In this document: piece by piece, positions 28,548 to 33,778 of the stretch | Numbering within the stretch: the stretch's first letter is position 1 | How the letters are laid out: the number at the start of each line of letters is the position of its first letter | Origin: a virus | Lineage: Duplodnaviria > Caudoviricetes | Length of the DNA: 33,778 nt | Reading direction: 5' to 3' (one strand) | IMG/VR virus record: IMGVR_UViG_3300009602_000043 | Span: 1 to 33,778 of that record | Position numbers and translations under genes: made by a program | Notes under the pieces: model-generated | What the model was told of the DNA's origin: nothing | Databases searched by the model: none | The model's input: the letters and a program-made list of their open reading frames with translations, nothing else

Positions 28548-28831
28548 ATATCAAGATATCGGTGCGTTATCGAACCTACACTTACATCGCTGTCGTTGAC
28601 GGAGCCAATTGCCAGGCGTCGTGCACAGCAGGTGCTGATCTGGCTGCCAGACGTGCTGCCAGTAAGTACTTCGGTGTCGATGATGACGAGGTTGTCGTCA
28701 AACAGACAGGTGGCACGGTCGACCGCACGTTCTATAGCGCTGCCCCCAAAGCTGAGGGGTTCTCCCGCAGATCGGGTATGTCAGTTGATGAGCTGTTCCA
28801 GGAGGTGATGCGTGGCCAGCCCTCGCGGTGA
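28544..28831 (+). CDS. Hypothetical protein (ASCT.G...AA..AA.K motif)
   Basis: ATG at 28544 overlaps the upstream stop (ATGA). Confidence 0.6.
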   Translation: MNIKISVRYRTYTYIAVVDGANCQASCTAGADLAARRAASKYFGVDDDEVVVKQTGGTVDRTFYSAAPKAEGFSRRSGMSVDELFQEVMRGQPSR

Positions 28832-29312
28832 TATCGCCATGATCAAGATTGCCATCACTCAGCTGGGCATTCCGGATGATGATGGCAATGCGGATCTGGG
28901 CATCCTGAGCACATACCGCCAGATGCTGCATAGCCTGACAGGCAAAACCAGTGTCAGTGCAGACGTCATGTCAGATCGTGAGCGGGCGAAGGTGCTGCGA
29001 CACCTACGCCAGAAAGGCTTTGTCCCAACCCGGTCCAAGAAGCGCCGACGCCGCGTTCAGCGCGCGCCTGGCATGGCCTCTCAGGGCGAACTGGGGCTGA
29101 TCTATGTCCTGTGGCAGGCCCTGGAAGACGCCGGCGAGATCAAAAACCCAGGCAAGGAAGCGATGTGTGCCTGGATAGAAAACTACACCAAACAGTTCAA
29201 CTCTGGCGCCGGATACAGTGCTCCGGAGTTTCTACCAAGCGACGCCGCGGCCAGGGTGATTGAGCAGCTCAAGAAGTGGTGTCAGAGACTCGACATACAG
29301 TGGAATTATTAG
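28812..29312 (+). CDS. gemA: GemA / Mu gp16-like (DUF1018) regulatory protein
   Basis: IKIA..QLG..DD...YR.ML...TGK.S ... V..HL...GF ... I..LW..L...G ... A..VIE.LKKW..R. Confidence 0.82.
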   Translation: MASPRGDIAMIKIAITQLGIPDDDGNADLGILSTYRQMLHSLTGKTSVSADVMSDRERAKVLRHLRQKGFVPTRSKKRRRRVQRAPGMASQGELGLIYVLWQALEDAGEIKNPGKEAMCAWIENYTKQFNSGAGYSAPEFLPSDAAARVIEQLKKWCQRLDIQWNY

Positions 29313-29323
29313 CGGAGCGCGCA

Positions 29324-29674
29324 ATGATCGGCCCGGAACTCAACCAGGACGACGACATTCTCACTGACCTGCAGCAGATCGCTGTCAAAGCAGCCTGTGA
29401 ACACGGCTTATCAGCTGATGACGCTGAGGCTATTGCCTGCCGTATATCGCAGGATGTCAGAGCCTCCTGGGGTGGTCAGCAGATCTACATCAAGAAGGTC
29501 GACCTGGCCGAACTCAGCGCCCGCAACTTAGAGATATTCCGTGAGTTCAACGGATCCAACCACCAGCAGCTGGCCAAAAAGCACGGTCTGGCTGTCCCCG
29601 TCATCTACCGCATCATCAAGATTGTCCAGCGCCAGGAGCGGGACAAGCGGCAGCATCGTTTGTTTAAAGACTGA
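29324..29674 (+). CDS. mor: Mor/C family transcription activator
   Basis: WGGQQIYI.K ... RN..I...FNG.N...LA.K.GL....IY.II motif; GGAG RBS before ATG 29324. Confidence 0.88.
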   Translation: MIGPELNQDDDILTDLQQIAVKAACEHGLSADDAEAIACRISQDVRASWGGQQIYIKKVDLAELSARNLEIFREFNGSNHQQLAKKHGLAVPVIYRIIKIVQRQERDKRQHRLFKD

Positions 29675-29694
29675 CCAAAATCGGAAGGAAATGA

Positions 29695-30606
29695 TTATTG
29701 GGCGGCTGCGCTAGCAACCTTACTTAAATGTTTTCGAAAAGCGGCTTGATCCTCTCCGTCAAGTACTAACGATATTTGCCCTAAGTTCTCCGGTTCGAGG
29801 AATCGTTGGCCAATAGCCACGATAGCATCAGCTTGCTCGATTTTCCTTTCGTAACCCTGACACCACTCTGACCAGTCTCGTAAGCTGCGATACTCCATGG
29901 TGTCGATATCCAATTTTAGCAATTCGCGAAACTTGGCCTGTAAATCCAGAATCAACAGCTCGCGAAGATCATTAACAGGGTATAGTATTTCCAGCCCTGC
30001 CAGGGTTCCGACTGTCTCTTCAATTACTTTCTGCTCCCTCGCTTTACCTCCGCCCATAACATCGGCAGTATCTCTCTCTTCCTTTGTTGCCTCCCTGGTG
30101 CGTGTCAATTCATTTCGCTGGTTGCGAACCATCCTAGACAGCAATTTAGAGACTTTGTCTGGACAGCCTTTGCTGGGTGTGCTGAAGATCTGCACGGCTT
30201 TGTACACGGAAGCTCCACCGCCCTCGAGCACTCTGTTCAAAGAGTCCATGTGGTGCTCTTCTTGAGAGAGAAACGACCCAATAATCTCGCGGTTCAGCTG
30301 GGCAATTCTATCTCTTTCAAAAACTCTGGTTAGTTGCTGGAACTCAACTCCGAAATGCGTTTTACCGCAAATGGTCCCAATATTGGTCACAAGCCCTGTC
30401 TGAGTTGAAACGACGTACCCTTTTTGGTGAGGCGTGTGGCAGTGCGAAAGTCCACAGTGCTGCATATCCTTAAAAACGTACCGGCCAATGATATCCTTGA
30501 GCGCGTTCTCTTTGGGATTGAGATTGGCTGTAAAACCGGGCATAGACTCAATCTCTTCCCAGGACTGTACTTCTACAAACCCTCTTTCCGTGCTGATAGT
30601 GATCAC
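29695..30606 (-). CDS. Accessory hypothetical protein (about 303 aa) with putative Zn-binding motif; candidate defence gene
   Basis: GAGAGG RBS before GTG 30606. C-x4-C-x3-H-x2-G...NIG-x2-C-G-x2-H-FG followed by a helical region; AT-richer than the phage core. Confidence 0.75.
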   Translation of the reverse strand: MITISTERGFVEVQSWEEIESMPGFTANLNPKENALKDIIGRYVFKDMQHCGLSHCHTPHQKGYVVSTQTGLVTNIGTICGKTHFGVEFQQLTRVFERDRIAQLNREIIGSFLSQEEHHMDSLNRVLEGGGASVYKAVQIFSTPSKGCPDKVSKLLSRMVRNQRNELTRTREATKEERDTADVMGGGKAREQKVIEETVGTLAGLEILYPVNDLRELLILDLQAKFRELLKLDIDTMEYRSLRDWSEWCQGYERKIEQADAIVAIGQRFLEPENLGQISLVLDGEDQAAFRKHLSKVASAAAQ

Positions 30607-30737
30607 TGGAACACCTCTCAACTCTATGTTGTTTCCCTGACGGAGAGCGTTTCTTAGAAGAACTCCGCGAGCGAGCAAACTAATAAGAACGCTGTAACTG
30701 GTTAAAGCTCATAGACAAAGCTACGTTATCTCGCGAT

Positions 30738-31238
30738 CTATGCTGCTTGAGGGTTGAGCTCCAGTCCTAGCTCATCCAACGCCTCCGAGACCTTGTCTAA
30801 GCCTACCTTCCAGATAGTGCCGTCCTGAAGACGAACCCTTGCCACATAAAGGAAGTAAGTGAATTCGGTACTGAGCTCCTCGCCTGGTATTTCGTAAGGC
30901 ATGGTTATTTCCGCGTCTTCGCCTTCACTCAATGATATCGCTTTTACCAGATAGTGGGCTCGCTCCTGGCTATTGAATAGATCAAACGGTATTAGCATGA
31001 ACTTAATTGCCGACACTCCCTGCCTTGCGAATACCTGGAACTCAATTCCACTGCTGTAAGTAGTACCATCTTGCTCAGCAAACTTTATATCGAAGTCACT
31101 TAGCGACACGGGGCAATCGGGCTGATTAAGAATCACACATCGTCTCGTCAAGGCCGCATGTTCGCCAACAATTATGCCACTGACCAAGGTCTTGAAAGGG
31201 CCTATTGCCTTCCACCGATACTTTATTTCGTCAGACAT
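30738..31238 (-). CDS. Accessory hypothetical beta-rich protein (166 aa)
   Basis: AAGGTGG RBS. AI.F....FD.FN ... YV.RVR..DG.IW pattern suggests an Ig-like sandwich. Confidence 0.7.
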   Translation of the reverse strand: MSDEIKYRWKAIGPFKTLVSGIIVGEHAALTRRCVILNQPDCPVSLSDFDIKFAEQDGTTYSSGIEFQVFARQGVSAIKFMLIPFDLFNSQERAHYLVKAISLSEGEDAEITMPYEIPGEELSTEFTYFLYVARVRLQDGTIWKVGLDKVSEALDELGLELNPQAA

Positions 31239-31581
31239 TATTCCACCTTATTTGATGATCCAGTGAGTAGCTCGTGCGCTACATTCCAACGTCTTGATGG
31301 ACGTCTTGCTTGCCTCGGAACCCAGCGCCTAGCTTTCAGAATCCTTTATAACAGTATTCTGAGCAACCTGGCCACTGGACGATTTTTAGCTGATGGGGTG
31401 GTTTTAATGTGAGAGTTTATCGCGGATCGAGCATTACCCAAATGGGTAGGTATGCGTAAAATTGTTTCATTTGCCGCAACACTATTTCATAATCATTCGC
31501 GCCGTGGTGGGGTATACCTAGTACCCCTTAGCAGTCAAATCACGCAGATATCGCCAATCATAAGAAGAACGGAGGCAGCTG

Positions 31582-32535
31582 GTGAAGCTGAACTATTTCG
31601 GGTATCTGGTTGAAAGTCACGCCAATGAAGAACAATTCATTTTCGACATTAACCCATTATTGAGGGCATTTTGTGACCTCGATGCGCCAGAATTTAAAGG
31701 CAGCTTCCACTACGGTGGCGAAAACTTATATCTGATCAGGATCCGTCAGAACGTCTACCTTTACCTGATGTCAAAGTCCCAGGAGATCGTAAAAAGAATC
31801 AAAGAGACGGACCTGACTGTCACAAGTATCCGGGATCTACTTGAGGAGCATGAGAAGCTTGGGTTTGCGTCGTATGTAGTGATTGGCGATGGTTACCTGG
31901 GTGTTGCTTCTACGGTTCTAGCACCCAAAGCGCTATCATTTGGGAAGTTCATCAACGATATTTTTGAGGTTGTTGGCCTCAGAGACTACACCTTCGTGAT
32001 GCGACCGTTGATGCATGAGGCTACTGCTGCAGACGTTGTCGAGTTGCCGATACATGGCAAGGCCGTAATCGAAATAAACAGTGAAAATGGTCTTTTTCAA
32101 GACCTGAGAGACCTGTTGAGAGGCGACGTTGAGGACTTCAGCAACGTAGGGACTATCGAGATCGCGTTCAAACCAAGGTCTCGACGGAGCATAGATTCAG
32201 CGGTACGTAAGATTATAGAGAACTTGCCCGAAGAGGGTGTCGAGCGGTTTATGGTGCGAGCCAAGGAAAATGCCGCGGACCATTTGAGTGACATCTTTAT
32301 CACCGGTCAGGGGGCTATCTCTGACATGGTGAAAAAAGGCTCTGATCAGGAAGTGTCGGAGAGTATCAGTTTAGCAGTTCAGAACAATGAACTGCTTCGA
32401 GAGAAGGTCGACGAGCATTTAAATGACGAGAACACGCAACAAATCACTCCTGAAGCTATTCGTGCTTATTTCGCTGCTCCTGCCTGGGCCGCTGCTGTGG
32501 CTCGTGTACTGGGGCATAACGACGGCGAAGCCTGA
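31582..32535 (+). CDS. rexA: RexA-like phage exclusion sensor
   Basis: Colinear resemblance to lambda RexA as recalled: G.N.LY..., E.LGF.S...., G.A.TV..P, PLM...T..DV....I.G, I..KP...R.I......II, RAK..A.D.L......G..S. GGAGG RBS. Confidence 0.85.
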   Translation: MKLNYFGYLVESHANEEQFIFDINPLLRAFCDLDAPEFKGSFHYGGENLYLIRIRQNVYLYLMSKSQEIVKRIKETDLTVTSIRDLLEEHEKLGFASYVVIGDGYLGVASTVLAPKALSFGKFINDIFEVVGLRDYTFVMRPLMHEATAADVVELPIHGKAVIEINSENGLFQDLRDLLRGDVEDFSNVGTIEIAFKPRSRRSIDSAVRKIIENLPEEGVERFMVRAKENAADHLSDIFITGQGAISDMVKKGSDQEVSESISLAVQNNELLREKVDEHLNDENTQQITPEAIRAYFAAPAWAAAVARVLGHNDGEA

Positions 32536-32914
32536 TATTGCTTTGGGGCTCAGCGCCCAGGCTGATGCGATCGCGAGCATCGTGGCTGGCTTTGCCTTCA
32601 CTATGCTGGGATTTCTCGCCGCGGTGATTACGATACTGTTTTCCGTCTCCGGAAGTCCGTCATACAAGCGCTACAAAAATGCCGGTCTACTGGATGTGTT
32701 CTTTTGGATCTACTATGCAACTCTGGCTTGCTTGATATTAACTGCGGGCCTGGCGTTGGTGGCTCTGTCGTCACTTACGGGCTCCTGGGGAATCAAAGTT
32801 CTCTTGGGTTCGTTCGCAAACAACCTGGTCCAGGTACTGACTATCACAGTCATCATTTGCAACTTGGCGAATAAAGGAGCGCCTCGAACCGCGGCTGCTG
32901 TCCAAGCCGGCTAA
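32423..32914 (+). CDS. rexB: RexB-like 4-TM membrane effector
   Basis: Four hydrophobic segments. The D.....A..A.TM...L.A..T.L, basic loop, G.....Y ... LSS..G pattern matches lambda RexB as recalled; directly follows the rexA-like gene. Confidence 0.8.
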   Translation: MTRTRNKSLLKLFVLISLLLPGPLLWLVYWGITTAKPDIALGLSAQADAIASIVAGFAFTMLGFLAAVITILFSVSGSPSYKRYKNAGLLDVFFWIYYATLACLILTAGLALVALSSLTGSWGIKVLLGSFANNLVQVLTITVIICNLANKGAPRTAAAVQAG

Positions 32915-32970
32915 CACGCACGGCCTAAATACAGCCCTTCTCGTGTTTCAGCTGTTGCAACTGGATTTCA

Positions 32971-33056
32971 AATCCTTTCATCCAGTATCATCCGGCTCCA
33001 TCCCGAAAAGTCCAGTTATCGTGTTTTCACCGGGTCAATTATCTAGTGTGGTTTCA
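32971..33056. repeat. Prophage terminus with phased transposase-binding-like repeats
   Basis: TCC recurs at 32981, 32991, 33001, 33011 (CATCC x3, AGTCC). TTATC at 33016 and 33039, ending in CA at 33055-33056 (5'-TG on the - strand). Confidence 0.65.
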
Positions 33057-33176
33057 CCATCCCTGGCTGGCGGCGCTCCACGCAATTACCCCCTCCACCC
33101 GAAGTCCTAAGTGCCAATCCCGCAACAAATCGCGATCATTCAGATTCTTGCGAGAACGCCGGCTGAGGACCGGTTT

Positions 33177-33367
33177 GAGGACCTGAGGGGACGGGCGTGA
33201 GGCTGCGAGGAGCGTCGAGCGCCAGGGACGCTGATTGCTCCTGCGACAGCGCGATGCGAGCTCCACACGGCAGGTTGTTGCTCCTGCAAAACCGGCATGA
33301 CCGCCATCAATGGCAGCCAGATATTTCACAGGCGTCTCCAAAGCAGACTTACACCGCCCTCTCAAGG
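33177..33367. repeat. Degenerate copy of host palindromic (REP/MITE-like) element with expanded interior
   Basis: Left arm GAGGACCTGAGGGG..GGCGTGAG...GCGTCGAGCGCCAGGGACG and right arm TTCAC.GGCGTC.CCA..G.AG.CTTAC..GCCC.CTCA match the 33454-33576 copy. Confidence 0.6.
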
Positions 33368-33453
33368 ATATACCCGGTGCAGTGACACTGCTGAAGATTC
33401 AACGGCCTCACGGCGGATTGTATACGTACTTCCTCGGGGCTGGGGCGCAGTTA

Positions 33454-33576
33454 GAGGACCTGAGGGGGCTGGCGTGAGACTACCTGGGGCGTCGAGCGCC
33501 AGGGACGGCGCGAGGCGAGCCCTACAGGGAAGTATTCACGGGCGTCCCCAGAGTAGTCTTACCCAGCCCCCTCAGG
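33454..33576. repeat. Host palindromic (REP/MITE-like) element
   Basis: CCTGAGGGGGCTGG (33459) pairs with CCAGCCCCCTCAGG (ends 33576), and AGACTAC pairs with GTAGTCT, giving a long imperfect hairpin. Confidence 0.7.
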
Positions 33577-33699
33577 ACCGGAGCCGATGGAGACCAATAC
33601 CAATAAGCAAACCCGATGATCGCTGCAAATGTGGCACTGCATCGGGTATAATCCGGGGCTTTCCGACATTGAGCCATCGCAGAGACCCCCCGAGCATCC

Positions 33700-33778
33700 A
33701 TGGACAAGACCTACCAGCCCCAAGACATCGAACAACAGTGGTACCAGACCTGGGAATCGCGTAACTACTTTGCCCCCA
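33700..33778 (+). CDS. valS: Valyl-tRNA synthetase, N-terminus (partial, host gene)
   Basis: Own translation [26 protein letters not shown] is the characteristic gammaproteobacterial ValS start. Confidence 0.85.
   Translation, partial: MDKTYQPQDIEQQWYQTWESRNYFAP

Larger units (their letters stand above)
1..33056. mobile_element. Transposable (Mu-like, B3/BcepMu-type organisation) prophage with siphovirus-type tail; truncated by left window edge
   Basis: Contains DDE transposase + AAA ATPase, DUF3102, DUF3164, GemA-like, Mor-like, DUF3486 small terminase, Mu-type large terminase, gpF, gpT-like capsid, tail tube and tape measure. Early genes are divergent from late genes. Candidate terminal ...TTATCTAGTGTGGTTTCA at 33039-33056 is followed by host sequence. 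Confidence 0.95.

Noticed and set aside
30607-30678. 24-aa N-terminal extension of the Zn-motif ORF
   Set aside because: The TTG start lacks an RBS, whereas GTG 30606 has GAGAGG at suitable spacing.
31158-31412. 84-aa + strand ORF in the accessory island
   Set aside because: Overlaps the start of the 166-aa gene in antisense and has no RBS; the region is better explained as divergent promoters.
1-33056. Diversity-generating retroelement, invertase (gin) or mom/dam modification genes
   Set aside because: No reverse transcriptase, serine recombinase or methyltransferase motifs in this window; they could lie in the unseen tail-fibre end.
32971-33576. CRISPR array or tRNA/att-site integration at the right boundary
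   Set aside because: No regular repeat-spacer units, no tRNA and no integrase; the boundary fits a TG...CA transposon end.
33054-33764. Several ORFs (103, 62, 155, 61 aa) right of the prophage end
   Set aside because: They run through palindromic repeats and overlap the valS start out of frame; composition is not protein-like.

Overview
Most of this window (1 to about 33056) is a transposable, Mu-like prophage with the B3/BcepMu-type layout. The repressor/Ner switch is internal. The early operon (DUF3102, DDE transposase, ATPase B, DUF3164, GemA-like, Mor-like) runs on + toward the prophage end, and the late operon (lysis, terminase, portal, head, non-contractile tail) runs on -. The other prophage end lies beyond the left edge. 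Between mor and the terminal ...CA (about 33056) is a more AT-rich four-gene accessory island. It holds a recognisable lambda RexA/RexB-like abortive-infection pair, uncoupled from the repressor operon, plus two unknown divergent genes, one with a putative Zn-binding motif. Other notable signals are an identical 22-bp late-promoter box, a fused protease-scaffold-capsid gene, and a tail-chaperone pair that needs a +1 rather than the usual -1 frameshift (candidate UUU_CGU). The prophage also appears to have inserted inside a host palindromic repeat upstream of valS. All homology calls come from motif recognition by eye, not from database searches.
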